IMG/VR virus record: IMGVR_UViG_3300032285_004054
Coordinates: 62,001-126,000 of that record
Length of the DNA: 64,000 nt
Strand: one strand, 5' to 3'
This document shows positions 9,948 to 19,644 of this stretch, in pieces (position 1 is the stretch's first letter; each line of letters starts with the position of its first letter). Below the pieces are notes generated by a model, which had not been told where the DNA came from, searched no databases, and saw only the letters and a list, made by a program, of their open reading frames with translations. A program made the position numbers and the translations under genes.

Positions 9948-11384
9948 ATGTCTATTTCTAATAAACAGTGGGATGATTTTACATGTACGAATGCTCGTAT
10001 TAATCCTAATTGTGTAGGTAAATATTGTGAATCTTGGAGTTGGAGATCTCGAAAATCGGTTAACGCAAAAGATCCTATTACATGGGCTGATACTAAAAAC
10101 GGTCATAAGTATGCTGCTACATGGATTCCTCGATTGGCGGATTGCCCTGATGTTGTTGTAGGTGCTCCTTGTTCGACTGGTATCTGGCATGTAAATATAC
10201 CTAATATTGACGATAACTGGAATAATCTTATTACAACACCTGTAACACAAGATTGCTATTATACTGGTGTAGTTAGTAAGGATAATATTATATATCTAAC
10301 AACATCTACGCAAATTAAGGTTCTTTCATCTAATTATGAAGCAACACTTTTTGACGGTAGATTATTTTTCAGTACTGGTTTTAACTATGTTAATATACAA
10401 GGTATAGGTATTGATAGTAAAAATAAAATTTACGTTTTAGATAAAGGGTTAAATAAAATAGCGTGTTACTTAAACAGTAAGGCAATACCGCTTAATAACG
10501 AACAACCGTTTACTACATGGGGCGGGTTTGGAGGTAGAAGATCATCTACAAGATTTAATCAACCGAGTGATTTACATATTGATAATATTGATTATATATG
10601 GGTCGCAGATACAGGTAACGCTTGTATAAAGAGATATACAAATACAGGTGCTTGGGCGCAAACAATTATCGATGATGTAAATATGGGGTATAGTAATCCA
10701 CCTATTAGTATGTCAGTCGATGTAAGTGGTAACTGTCACGTATTAACTAATAACGGTGTCTACGTTTATAATAGTAGTACATCATCTATCACACTAACAG
10801 GTACACCTATTTATAGTTATAAGTTTAGTCAATATACAACCCAAACACCTAAAAAAATAACAAATAACTATAAAAGAGAAATGATGTATATAGTGTTTGA
10901 TGACATAGTTTTAAAGTATTTTAGAACAGGTGTTTTTGCTAGTAAGATAATTAACACAGTACCAGGGTTAAGCGGTATACAAGCTCTATATCATGATGAG
11001 CATAGAAATTTATTGGTTACATTTCAAGATAATATCTACAAAGATATTGACTTAATGATATTAAAACATAATAAAGGCGTTCTACCGGATAATTTCTGGT
11101 CAAAAGAACAGTTACTAATTAATAAGGAAGAGTATGTACAGAATTGGGTCTATAATAAATCGTTTCAACGCTTATGGGATGATATAGAATTTATGAGACA
11201 TACCATATTCTATAAAAATACTAATAAATGCAATACATACGTGCCACCTATTTACAGTAAAGAGGAGGTTACAGTAGGGCAAAACGAAATTGTTACATCT
11301 ACTGTTATAAACCGTTGTATTGATAAGCTTTGGGCAAATTACGAAACACTAATAAATTACTTTGATCCGAATTGTAAAAGCTAA
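9948..11384 (+). CDS. NHL-repeat beta-propeller virion protein
   Basis: FNQPSDLHIDNIDYIWVADTGNACIKRY and GIGIDSKNKIYVLDKG NHL motifs. Confidence 0.7.
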   Translation: MSISNKQWDDFTCTNARINPNCVGKYCESWSWRSRKSVNAKDPITWADTKNGHKYAATWIPRLADCPDVVVGAPCSTGIWHVNIPNIDDNWNNLITTPVTQDCYYTGVVSKDNIIYLTTSTQIKVLSSNYEATLFDGRLFFSTGFNYVNIQGIGIDSKNKIYVLDKGLNKIACYLNSKAIPLNNEQPFTTWGGFGGRRSSTRFNQPSDLHIDNIDYIWVADTGNACIKRYTNTGAWAQTIIDDVNMGYSNPPISMSVDVSGNCHVLTNNGVYVYNSSTSSITLTGTPIYSYKFSQYTTQTPKKITNNYKREMMYIVFDDIVLKYFRTGVFASKIINTVPGLSGIQALYHDEHRNLLVTFQDNIYKDIDLMILKHNKGVLPDNFWSKEQLLINKEEYVQNWVYNKSFQRLWDDIEFMRHTIFYKNTNKCNTYVPPIYSKEEVTVGQNEIVTSTVINRCIDKLWANYETLINYFDPNCKS

Positions 11385-11411
11385 TTTATAGTATAAATAA
11401 TTTACACACAT

Positions 11412-11882
11412 ATGTCTTGTACTGCTATTTCAAATATACCTGCAACAGAATGTATAGGTAATTCGTTAGCTACTATTAACGGTAATTTTACTTCGTTACA
11501 TACAGATGTTTGTAGTAAAGTGGACCGCGCAGGCGATACTTTAACGGGGCCTTTAAACTTTGATGGTCAACAAATACAACGATTTTCCGCTAATGTTATT
11601 ACAAAAGCATCAGATTTTATACTTGATGCAACTCATAACGGAGCAATAATTTTAGTTGATAGTGGTGCTACTGTAACTGTTACATTCCCTCAAGGTGTTT
11701 TATCTGTTGGTTTTAATTTAGTTTTAATACAGATGGGAGTAGGTACAATAAAAATGGGTACAACAGGCTCTGCAGCAATTATTAACGTAAATAATGCTCT
11801 AGCTACACGTAAGCAATACGCTCAATTAAACTTAGCAGTAGTCCGTGCGGATGTAGCTTGGATATCTGGTGATATTGTCTAA
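11412..11882 (+). CDS. Short fibre protein, 'CIGxSL..IN.NF' anchor family
   Basis: ECIGNSLATINGNFTSL anchor, KVDRAGDTLTG fibre motif, C-terminal beta domain ending WISGDI; TATAAATA at 11392-11399. Confidence 0.6.
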   Translation: MSCTAISNIPATECIGNSLATINGNFTSLHTDVCSKVDRAGDTLTGPLNFDGQQIQRFSANVITKASDFILDATHNGAIILVDSGATVTVTFPQGVLSVGFNLVLIQMGVGTIKMGTTGSAAIINVNNALATRKQYAQLNLAVVRADVAWISGDIV

Positions 11883-11884
11883 TT

Positions 11885-12997
11885 ATGTTTGGGGTATATA
11901 CTTTAAGAGCGACATCAAACAATACGTTTGTAATGCCTGACCCTCTTAATAAGTTTACCTTACAAGGGGAAGGAGGGTATCAATCATACGCATACACTTT
12001 TGTTGATAGAGGTACTTGCTATTTTAGTGCCCAAGAAAAAAACGGATATATTAGTGATATAATTAGTAACCAAAATCTAATAAAAACTTTAACACTTGGT
12101 TCGTATACCTATTATTATGTTGAAAACATATTAAAAATTGCCTCTGGTAATGCAAATAAAGTAATGATATATCAAGACGGTAGTATTGATATCGGGGGTA
12201 AGAGAACAAAATTTCCTTGGATAGCAGATAATCTATATAATTTTGCAGATATTTTTTGTCCGTCGAATTACGCTGCGTATTATACACAGTTTTTTCTTAT
12301 GAAGACTGGTGAATTATATGAAGTTAATTGTAATACGAAAACAAAAACTTTATTATTATCAGATGTTAATAATATTTTATGTAGAAACCCTTCACATGCT
12401 TGTGATATCTTAGTAGCAAAAAATAACGGTGAAGTCTGGCATGCTTGGCTTAAAAATAGTGGTGGTAATAGAAACAGCGGGCAAGCATCAGGTGTTTGTC
12501 AGGTTGTAGGGCTGAACGTACAGGATATCTATTTTTCAACTATAGCAGATAATCCTTGGGGGGCTTTTATCTGTTATAGTAGTGATAAAAGAAAACTTTA
12601 CAGATTAACAACAGATAGTGTAGGTCGTCATACAAGTGTAGATCCTACACCGTATATAACACTCACCGATCCAGACGAACATTACTTACATGGTCAAGGT
12701 AATGAATTTCATACTGTAGTTATTACTAATAAAAAACTATATGATTATCATGATAGAGGATGGAATGCAGATTACTACGACGTACATACGTATGATTTTC
12801 TAAATGGTGTACAGATATCTACACCTACTGCTTATTCTATGATGATTGAAGCAACAGACGGTTACTACTTTATGGATCAAACTGGAGCAGAACAGCAAAA
12901 TGTTACTGAGAGAGAAAAATACGGCTTAAACGCACCTATTAAATATGATTTCTATAACACTTTAGTAACTTATTTGAAGGCAAAACGAACTCTTTAA
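11885..12997 (+). CDS. Hypothetical beta-repeat (RCC1-like) protein
   Basis: FFLMKTGELY, ILVAKNNGEVW and GNEFHTVVIT blade-like motifs. Confidence 0.4.
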   Translation: MFGVYTLRATSNNTFVMPDPLNKFTLQGEGGYQSYAYTFVDRGTCYFSAQEKNGYISDIISNQNLIKTLTLGSYTYYYVENILKIASGNANKVMIYQDGSIDIGGKRTKFPWIADNLYNFADIFCPSNYAAYYTQFFLMKTGELYEVNCNTKTKTLLLSDVNNILCRNPSHACDILVAKNNGEVWHAWLKNSGGNRNSGQASGVCQVVGLNVQDIYFSTIADNPWGAFICYSSDKRKLYRLTTDSVGRHTSVDPTPYITLTDPDEHYLHGQGNEFHTVVITNKKLYDYHDRGWNADYYDVHTYDFLNGVQISTPTAYSMMIEATDGYYFMDQTGAEQQNVTEREKYGLNAPIKYDFYNTLVTYLKAKRTL

Positions 12998-13014
12998 TAT
13001 AAATAATCTTATAT

Positions 13015-13971
13015 ATGTCTTGTGACGGAACAACATACACATCTCAAATACCCGAAACCGACTGCATAGGTGATTCGTTAACTACTATTAATAGTAATTT
13101 CAGTGCACTAGACGTTAGCGTATGTTCATTAAGTGCTGCGATCGGTAGTATTGCAGGAATTGACATTGATAATGTTTATGATGCAACACCAATCGGTACT
13201 GTCGTTTATTTTGCTGCTTCTGCTGCTCCTGTCGGTTGGTTTGAGTGTTACGGACAATCTTTAGATAAAACACTTTATAAACCACTCTTTGATGTTATCG
13301 GTTATACATATGGTGGTTCTGGAAACAATTTTAATCTTCCTGATTTAAGAGGTCAATTCGTAAGAGGCTGGGACCATGGAGCTGGTGTTGATAGTGGAAG
13401 AGCTTTTGGTAGTTCGCAAGATGATGCGTTTAAATCTCACGCTCACGGATTTTCGCTTCCAGATGGAACCGTTGGTGGTGGTGACGCTTATGCAAGCACA
13501 TATACTAGAATAAACGATTACGGTAGAACAACAGGCGCTGAAGGTGATACCGAGACTCGCCCCAAAAACGTAGCACTTCTTCCTTGTATCAAATACGCTC
13601 AAGTTCAAGCGTTAACACAAGTTGGCTTAAGTGCTCAAAATGTTTTAAATGTAGTTAATAATTTAAGCCCAGGGGTTGCTAAAGCTTGGGTGAATTTTGA
13701 CGGTACAACAGGTGTGTATAGAGGTACACCATATAACGTTTCAGGCATTACAAAAAACGGGTCCGGAGACTGGACAGTACATTTTGCAAATAATTTAGCT
13801 GATGCAAATTATACCGTAACAGCTCAATGGGGCAACGCGACTCATACAAGTGATACCGGTATATATGTTAGTTTGGGATCTTTATCAGCTAGTGGATTTG
13901 AAATATTTTCTCAAACTTCTGGTTCTATGTATAACCCTGCAGTTTTTTGTATACAGGTTTTTGGTAGTTAA
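13015..13971 (+). CDS. Tail fibre protein with tail-collar domain, anchor family
   Basis: DCIGDSLTTINSNFSALD anchor; PIGTVVYFAASAAPVGWFEC...FNLPDLRGQFVRGWD collar; ETRPKNVALLPCIK; C-terminal AKAWVNFDG domain. Confidence 0.85.
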   Translation: MSCDGTTYTSQIPETDCIGDSLTTINSNFSALDVSVCSLSAAIGSIAGIDIDNVYDATPIGTVVYFAASAAPVGWFECYGQSLDKTLYKPLFDVIGYTYGGSGNNFNLPDLRGQFVRGWDHGAGVDSGRAFGSSQDDAFKSHAHGFSLPDGTVGGGDAYASTYTRINDYGRTTGAEGDTETRPKNVALLPCIKYAQVQALTQVGLSAQNVLNVVNNLSPGVAKAWVNFDGTTGVYRGTPYNVSGITKNGSGDWTVHFANNLADANYTVTAQWGNATHTSDTGIYVSLGSLSASGFEIFSQTSGSMYNPAVFCIQVFGS

Positions 13972-13979
13972 TTAATGTT

Positions 13980-14399
13980 ATGTCATTTATATTATATCCA
14001 CAAGTTAATAAACAATTAGCAGTAGTAACACCTACAGGCATTCTTTCTATTGAAGAAGTTATTGTACAAACTGTTCCTCCTGATACATCCTATAAAGTTG
14101 TTGATACACTTAATGTTGATCATTACTTTTTTGATGCTTACGAATATGACGAAGAACTAGGAGCTGTAGTTAATTTTGAAAAAGCTAAAGAAATACAGCG
14201 TAATAGATGGAGAGCTGCTAGAACACCGCTTCTACAACAACTCGATATAGAATTTCAAAGAGCACAAGAGTCAGGTGAAACAGCAGCGTTACAGCGTGTT
14301 GTAGCTAAGAAAATAGCACTAAGAGGTGTTACTGACACGCCACTACCTGATGATCTTGAAGGTATAAAAAATACCTGGCCTGACGTATTAAATAGTTAA
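13980..14399 (+). CDS. Putative tail fibre assembly protein
   Basis: RAARTPLLQQLDIEFQRAQE...KIALRGVT chaperone-type motif, directly after a fibre gene. Confidence 0.65.
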   Translation: MSFILYPQVNKQLAVVTPTGILSIEEVIVQTVPPDTSYKVVDTLNVDHYFFDAYEYDEELGAVVNFEKAKEIQRNRWRAARTPLLQQLDIEFQRAQESGETAALQRVVAKKIALRGVTDTPLPDDLEGIKNTWPDVLNS

Positions 14400-14434
14400 A
14401 ATTCTAACAAATTAGCATAAATATAAATACATAT

Positions 14435-15163
14435 ATGAGCAATCCTCTATCGGACATCTACTCCAAAATCCTTTTAAACGAAACCGAATCCAATGTCGTA
14501 GTACCTGCTGGCAAATTAGAAATCGCCAAGGGAGGTAAAGAACCTCTTATCAAGGACGGCGGAGATGAGAAGGCCAAGAAGAACCTCAACAAGCCTGAAG
14601 AAGGCAAGGTTGAGGATGGCGAACTCGAGGAACTTAAAGATTCTATGAACACCCCAACAACAAAGAGCGCCTTCGAAGGTACGTTCGAAAAGCTCTTCAA
14701 AGCCACGCTCACAGAAGACGTAGCCGAAGACGCTGCTTCCGCTGTTGAGCCTGAAGTACCAACAACCCCTGAAGATTCTCACGAAGAGATCGAAGACACT
14801 CATGATGAGGTCGGTGATCTTGCTAGTGATCTTCGCGATATCATTGACAAGCTAGAAGCAATTCTTGACAAGGTCGGTGGTGTTGATCACACAGAAGGTG
14901 AACACGATGAAGACATGGAAACCGAACTCGGTGAAGCCGTTTCTGAGCCTGAATTAAAGCCTCTCGGTGATAAGACAGCCTCTTTAAAGAGCACCAAGAA
15001 GTTCACAACTTCCAATGTCAAGCCTCATGGTGGTAAGGCCTCTCATGGAGATATCTCCGAAGAGCCTGAACTCAAGCCTCTCGCTGACAAGTCTGCTGCT
15101 CTAAGAAGCACAAAGAAGTTTGCTGCTAACTCCTCCGTTAAGGTTGGCGATTTCTTCAAATAA
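14435..15163 (+). CDS. Acidic, probably abundant head-internal/scaffold-like protein
   Basis: E/D-rich; C/G-ending codon bias like gp22/gp23; several L/I-x-E protease-type sites; duplicated EPELKPL.DK.A.L.STKKF; tandem late promoters at 14418-14429; strong terminator. Confidence 0.5.
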   Translation: MSNPLSDIYSKILLNETESNVVVPAGKLEIAKGGKEPLIKDGGDEKAKKNLNKPEEGKVEDGELEELKDSMNTPTTKSAFEGTFEKLFKATLTEDVAEDAASAVEPEVPTTPEDSHEEIEDTHDEVGDLASDLRDIIDKLEAILDKVGGVDHTEGEHDEDMETELGEAVSEPELKPLGDKTASLKSTKKFTTSNVKPHGGKASHGDISEEPELKPLADKSAALRSTKKFAANSSVKVGDFFK

Positions 15164-15185
15164 GACTTAATAAAAGTTAAAATAG

Positions 15186-15215
15186 AAATAGCTCCTAGAA
15201 ATAGGAGCTATTTTT
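15186..15215 (+). terminator. Rho-independent terminator
   Basis: 12 bp stem AAATAGCTCCTA, GAAA loop, TAGGAGCTATTT, then T run. Confidence 0.9.
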
Positions 15216-15242
15216 GTATACCTAAACGGCATAAATACTATT

Positions 15243-15830
15243 ATGAATTTGTTCGAAAACTCTTATAAAGACGGCTATTTAAAATACCATAACAATTATA
15301 TTGTGCCTAATAGTTTAGATCCTAGAACATTCTATTATCCTCCTGAAGGCGGAGACCCTGTATTACACCCTGAAATTAAATTACAAGTATTAACAGATAT
15401 CGCTAGATTCAATACTCTTGAGGGAGACTTTGGGACAACAAGAGTTAAAGAGTATTATCTAATAGGACCTATACTTAAACCCGGTGCTTCTGATCGCTGT
15501 CCTATTTTTATTAAAGTACAGCTTGAAGAGAATAATCTAACAGATGTACTAAAAGAAAAGATTTTAAATTGTATGAAGGATATTGACGGTAGATTAGCTA
15601 CCGGTACCCAACATCCTGTTATGTATATACCGACAGTTAGACCTTTAAACCCAGATGATTATGATTCTGCCTATCACCCTTATACAGATAAATGGGTTAA
15701 GAAAGTTAGATCATTAGGTGAAGGTGTTAGCTCACTTGAAGGGTTAGCAAAAGACCCTGCTAAAAAGAAAAAGAAGCACGCTTTAGTTCGTGGTCAATTA
15801 CGTAAACATCTACATCAAACTAAACACTAA
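15243..15830 (+). CDS. Degenerate nucleotidyltransferase-fold protein
   Basis: LHPEIKLQVL, YLIG, GTQHPVMY and AYHPYTDKWVK resemble phage Pol-beta-type NTases, but GS/DxD is absent (LIGPILKPGASDRCPIFIKV). Confidence 0.4.
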   Translation: MNLFENSYKDGYLKYHNNYIVPNSLDPRTFYYPPEGGDPVLHPEIKLQVLTDIARFNTLEGDFGTTRVKEYYLIGPILKPGASDRCPIFIKVQLEENNLTDVLKEKILNCMKDIDGRLATGTQHPVMYIPTVRPLNPDDYDSAYHPYTDKWVKKVRSLGEGVSSLEGLAKDPAKKKKKHALVRGQLRKHLHQTKH

Positions 15831-16507
15831 TGAACAAAGTTCGTTATTTAAATAAAAGTCTTAACGCCAACGAAAGAGAAAATTACTCTAAATGGTGGAA
15901 AGAGCAGATTGAACACTACGGTGTTTCTACGACCTACTATACAAACGGTTTTGGTTTAACCTCCCAAGATTTAATTTACGGAGAAGATCCTACATCAACA
16001 TATCTTAGTTCTGGACCTGTAATTATGGTTACAGATATTACTAACGATTCTATTTTATTATCTAAGTTTGGTATTATGGCTGATTGTGATATGACAGCCG
16101 TTATACATATATCTTCTTTCTATGAAACGTTTGGTTTCGGGGCTGAACCTAAATCTGGTGATCTTATTGAATTAAAAGAATACGGAGGTTTTGGTGATAG
16201 ACCAGGCGGGAGAGGAGCTCCTATCTATCAAATAACCGAGCGTGATGATCAATACTTACCTTTAACTAATCACCTTATGGGTCATTATGTTTGGTATATC
16301 AAGTGCAAGCGCTTCGAGTACTCATCAGAGCCTGGCGTTCACGCTGAACCTGTTAATACCCAACCTGATGATAGTGGCGGATATGGCAGATTACCAGAAG
16401 GTGTTAACCCTGCCGAGCTTACAGTATCAGAACCTGATAGCGCTGATGCTGAAGCCGGAAAGATATTTGAGTATGGTGATCTTAGTAACCCTTACGGTAA
16501 CTATTAA
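15830..16507 (+). CDS. gp14: Neck protein (T4 gp14-like)
   Basis: IYGEDPTS, LSKFGIMADCDMT, EPKSGDLI and CKRFEYSSE motifs. Confidence 0.8.
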   Translation: MNKVRYLNKSLNANERENYSKWWKEQIEHYGVSTTYYTNGFGLTSQDLIYGEDPTSTYLSSGPVIMVTDITNDSILLSKFGIMADCDMTAVIHISSFYETFGFGAEPKSGDLIELKEYGGFGDRPGGRGAPIYQITERDDQYLPLTNHLMGHYVWYIKCKRFEYSSEPGVHAEPVNTQPDDSGGYGRLPEGVNPAELTVSEPDSADAEAGKIFEYGDLSNPYGNY

Positions 16508-16797
16508 TCAACTTTATCTGCAAGCGCAGCAATATAGTTTACTAGATCAATAGCTGTATCTTTACGATACCCGCCTGCAAACCGTGAATACTTTTGATCG
16601 ATAAAGGTAGCAAGCGCTATCACTTTACACACGTCATCAGTAATTTCAGCATTTTGATATTGCTTCAATAATGACTTTGTAAGATGCCAACAGCCATCCT
16701 TGCCCCAGGTATCAGCGTATTGATCGCCTCGTTCTTGCATTGTCTTTGCAACCTCTTTAAGAGTATTGGTTGCAGAAGAAATAAATTCGTTAGCCAT
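16504..16797 (-). CDS. Small all-helical nucleotide-modification-associated (DUF6378/Nmad1-like) protein
   Basis: ERGDQY...KYSR...DTAIDLVNY pattern. Confidence 0.5.
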   Translation of the reverse strand: MANEFISSATNTLKEVAKTMQERGDQYADTWGKDGCWHLTKSLLKQYQNAEITDDVCKVIALATFIDQKYSRFAGGYRKDTAIDLVNYIAALADKVD

Positions 16798-17066
16798 TAT
16801 CGGTTACCGAGCCAGTCGATAGTATTAGCGGATGTTACTTCAGTAATGTCAAAATATAGACTATGAGTGGTGCCTCCTGCCTCCACTGCGTAAGCTTTAA
16901 TCTTACGTGGAGTCTTAGAATAAGGTACTACTCTGTCTAAAGTAGATTCACTTACAATGTTGTAATTAGTACCGAACTCAGCTGCAATAGCTGCATTTAA
17001 GAACTGATTAATATCAGTACCTTGTACTTGATGTGGCTTTACTTGAAAGATAGTAGGTGTAGTCAT
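16797..17066 (-). CDS. Hypothetical protein
   Basis: 89 aa ORF; TAAATA (minus strand) at 17072-17077; TAATG coupling to the next gene. Confidence 0.7.
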   Translation of the reverse strand: MTTPTIFQVKPHQVQGTDINQFLNAAIAAEFGTNYNIVSESTLDRVVPYSKTPRKIKAYAVEAGGTTHSLYFDITEVTSANTIDWLGNR

Positions 17067-17074
17067 GATTCTAT

Positions 17075-17260
17075 TTAGTTCTTCTTGTTTTTATTAGCAA
17101 CCTCTTTCTTTTCCTTCTTAATAAGACCGAGCATAGTATGCTTAAAGTCACGTGTTTCATTGTACCAGTTCTCAAGATCCTTACCTCCGAGACCCTTTGG
17201 AGGCTGTAGATTCCAGATCTTGCTTGTTTTTAACATTTGTTTAGATGGCCAGATATGCAT
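17075..17260 (-). CDS. Hypothetical small basic protein
   Basis: ORF track 17075..17302; ATG 17260 (MHIWPSK) is the more plausible start. Confidence 0.5.
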   Translation of the reverse strand: MHIWPSKQMLKTSKIWNLQPPKGLGGKDLENWYNETRDFKHTMLGLIKKEKKEVANKNKKN

Positions 17261-17304
17261 AAGATTAGAATTAGATATTAAAATAAAAGATAGATATATC
17301 AAGC

Positions 17305-17332
17305 TTGTTTTTTATTTTTTTGCAGGTATAAT
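17305..17332 (+). promoter_or_regulatory. Sigma70-like early promoter of rnh
   Basis: TTGTTT-N16-TATAAT, 6 nt before ATG 17339. Confidence 0.6.
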
Positions 17333-17338
17333 GCTTTT

Positions 17339-18238
17339 ATGAATTTAATTATAGACGGCAGCAACGCTCTTCATCGAGCATTTTGGGTTGCAGAAACTCG
17401 ATCACCGCTTGTTAATACTAAGAATGTATGGACAGGTCCTTTGTTTATCTTTCTTAAGTCATTGAAGTCAAATGTTGATCAGTTTAAACCTGACAATATC
17501 TGGGTAACTTGGGACAAGAGACTTAATTACCCTTCAACTAATTTCCGTAAACAGTTGTCACCTGATAACTACAAACAGAATAGAGATCAAGAAAAGATCT
17601 TACGAGTGCACGAACAGCACGATATCATATCTAAGTTTCTTACCGTACTTGGTGTAAAGCAAATTTACCCTTGGGTACTTGAAGCTGATGATATTATTAG
17701 CTGGCTTGTACGTGAGAAGCTTTCTAACTCTGTTATCGTATCTGTTGATAAAGATTTGCTTCAATTGGTTGATGAGAGTACAAAATTCTTTAACCCTATA
17801 AAGAAGAAGATTATTGATGTTAATAATTTTGAGACTGAAACAAATATTAAGGTAGAACACTTTGTTTATTATAAAGCGCTACTCGGTGATAAATCCGATA
17901 ACCTAGACGGTATACCCGGTTACGGTGTACAGAAGAGTAAGAAGCTTGCTGAACAAGGTCACGATAAAATTATCGAGACTTTAACAGAAGAGGAACAAGC
18001 AGTGTTTAATCATAACATTACTATGATGAACTTATTTGGTTCGTATAATAAAGAACAGGGAGAGGTAGAATGTTACGATAAACAATATAATGAACTTTCT
18101 ACACTAAAGTCAGATATTAAAGCGTTTGAAGCACTATGTGAGGAATATGAATTAAATTCCTTCGCTAGAGATATTGATAAATGGAAGCAAAGTTTTACTC
18201 GTACGAATGCTTTAGTTGATCTTCTTTCGCTTCTTTGA
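17339..18238 (+). CDS. rnh: RNase H / 5'-3' flap exonuclease
   Basis: LIIDGSN, EADDII, SVDKDLLQL and GDKSDNLDGIPGYG FEN-family motifs. Confidence 0.92.
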   Translation: MNLIIDGSNALHRAFWVAETRSPLVNTKNVWTGPLFIFLKSLKSNVDQFKPDNIWVTWDKRLNYPSTNFRKQLSPDNYKQNRDQEKILRVHEQHDIISKFLTVLGVKQIYPWVLEADDIISWLVREKLSNSVIVSVDKDLLQLVDESTKFFNPIKKKIIDVNNFETETNIKVEHFVYYKALLGDKSDNLDGIPGYGVQKSKKLAEQGHDKIIETLTEEEQAVFNHNITMMNLFGSYNKEQGEVECYDKQYNELSTLKSDIKAFEALCEEYELNSFARDIDKWKQSFTRTNALVDLLSLL

Positions 18239-18583
18239 TTTCTTGAGGGAGTTACGTATAAGCTCTGCTTTATAAAGCTTCGAGGTAAACTCCTTTAAGA
18301 ATCGTGCTATCTCAAAAGAAGTACATACGTTAATAATTCTTGATTCTACGTAGAGAACTTTTGTTTCAGACCAGTCTGGGTATATGTAATGCACACATTC
18401 ATGAAACGCAGTTCTAACAAATTCTCTTCTAGGATCAAATTCTAGAATGTCGTTTTCGTAGTCGCATATACCTTGACTTCTACGCATCTTTTTAAACGTA
18501 AAGAACTCTGGAGGTTTACGTTTAACAAGCTTAAAGCATTGCTGATATACAACAGCTGTCTGTTTTTTTGTTAGCTTTTGCAT
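18212..18583 (-). CDS. Small HExxH zinc-metallopeptidase-like protein
   Basis: GICDY...TAFHECVHYIYPDWSE; TAAATA at 18595-18600. Confidence 0.55.
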   Translation of the reverse strand: MQKLTKKQTAVVYQQCFKLVKRKPPEFFTFKKMRRSQGICDYENDILEFDPRREFVRTAFHECVHYIYPDWSETKVLYVESRIINVCTSFEIARFLKEFTSKLYKAELIRNSLKKSKKRKKIN

Positions 18584-18641
18584 ATCTATACTAATATTTA
18601 TTTGTTTAACAGGTATAGAACGTATAAATAATAGATAATAT

Positions 18642-18932
18642 ATGTCAATAGAAGGTATCGGTTTTGATCATCAAATGTTAAGCCAAGCTGGGTTAACACC
18701 GCAGCAAAAGAAGCGTTTACCGTTTCCTCTTGAAAACATAGAGGAACAACTTGCAGATGTATACTTTGATCTCGACTTAATACGTAAACGCATTGAAGTT
18801 ACTAAACGTAACAACGTTACCAATCTTACAAAAGAACGTATTAAGCGTTTACGTAAGATGCAGTATAAGATTAATACTGCAATGTCTGTTATTAAGACAT
18901 TAACGAGAGATCTTGATGATTTTTGGATTTAA
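18642..18932 (+). CDS. Hypothetical coiled-coil protein
   Basis: 96 aa; TATAAATA at 18623-18630. Confidence 0.7.
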   Translation: MSIEGIGFDHQMLSQAGLTPQQKKRLPFPLENIEEQLADVYFDLDLIRKRIEVTKRNNVTNLTKERIKRLRKMQYKINTAMSVIKTLTRDLDDFWI

Positions 18933-19390
18933 TCCAAAGTAGACTTAAGAGGTACGCTCTCGTCAATAGGAAACGTTAGTCTTTCAAGAGGGGTAGTTAT
19001 TTGTGTTGAAATAAACTGCATCTTGACGCCATTTACTTGTTTACAATGTTCGCAGGTAAATCTATTTTCCTGATTCAATTGAATCGGTACAGGGTTTGTT
19101 TGTTTACAATACGCGCACGTTAAGCTTATTGTAAACTTCGAGATAGCTTCTAGTTGCTGTTGTACAATCTGAGAACTCGTAATAGCGTCTTTTCTTAGAA
19201 GAAACGTATTAACTATTGCAAAGATAATAAACTGTATTCCAAAACCTGAAACAAACCCTGTCCAGAAGTGGTTGTTGTAAAGGTAGAATGCTAATCCAAA
19301 AACTAACGATACAGTGCAGGTTATTAGCAATGATATAGCAATAACTCTAATGAGAGGGTTTTCTAGAATTGCTTTGAGTTTATTAAACAT
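18929..19390 (-). CDS. Two-TM membrane protein with zinc ribbon
   Basis: Two hydrophobic helices, then CAYC-x15-CEHC. Confidence 0.7.
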   Translation of the reverse strand: MFNKLKAILENPLIRVIAISLLITCTVSLVFGLAFYLYNNHFWTGFVSGFGIQFIIFAIVNTFLLRKDAITSSQIVQQQLEAISKFTISLTCAYCKQTNPVPIQLNQENRFTCEHCKQVNGVKMQFISTQITTPLERLTFPIDESVPLKSTLD

Positions 19391-19402
19391 ATAGTAATTA
19401 TA

Positions 19403-19636
19403 TTAGGTTGTAGAAATTTTCTCGTAGATAATATCGGTTGCATTGTCTACGTACTTTAGGATATCAAGAGGTTTAAGTTCAACTGTTTCGAAATCGATAT
19501 TTCTTTCCTCGCATTTTTCACCGATTAGATTAACTGCTTCTTCAAGCGCTGTCCATCGACATAGCTCATAAAGAGACAACTTTGTGATATCAACATCGGA
19601 GACTTTTGGCAATCGTTTATTGTTATGTGTTTTCAT
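19403..19636 (-). CDS. Hypothetical protein (early)
   Basis: 77 aa, downstream of a sigma70-like promoter. Confidence 0.7.
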   Translation of the reverse strand: MKTHNNKRLPKVSDVDITKLSLYELCRWTALEEAVNLIGEKCEERNIDFETVELKPLDILKYVDNATDIIYEKISTT

Positions 19637-19644
19637 ACAACACC

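Noticed and set aside
14458-14803. Antisense and alternate-frame ORFs inside strongly biased genes (also 45102-45548, 46469-47264, 28363-28683 and similar)
   Set aside because: They overlap better-supported genes and have no promoter or motif support
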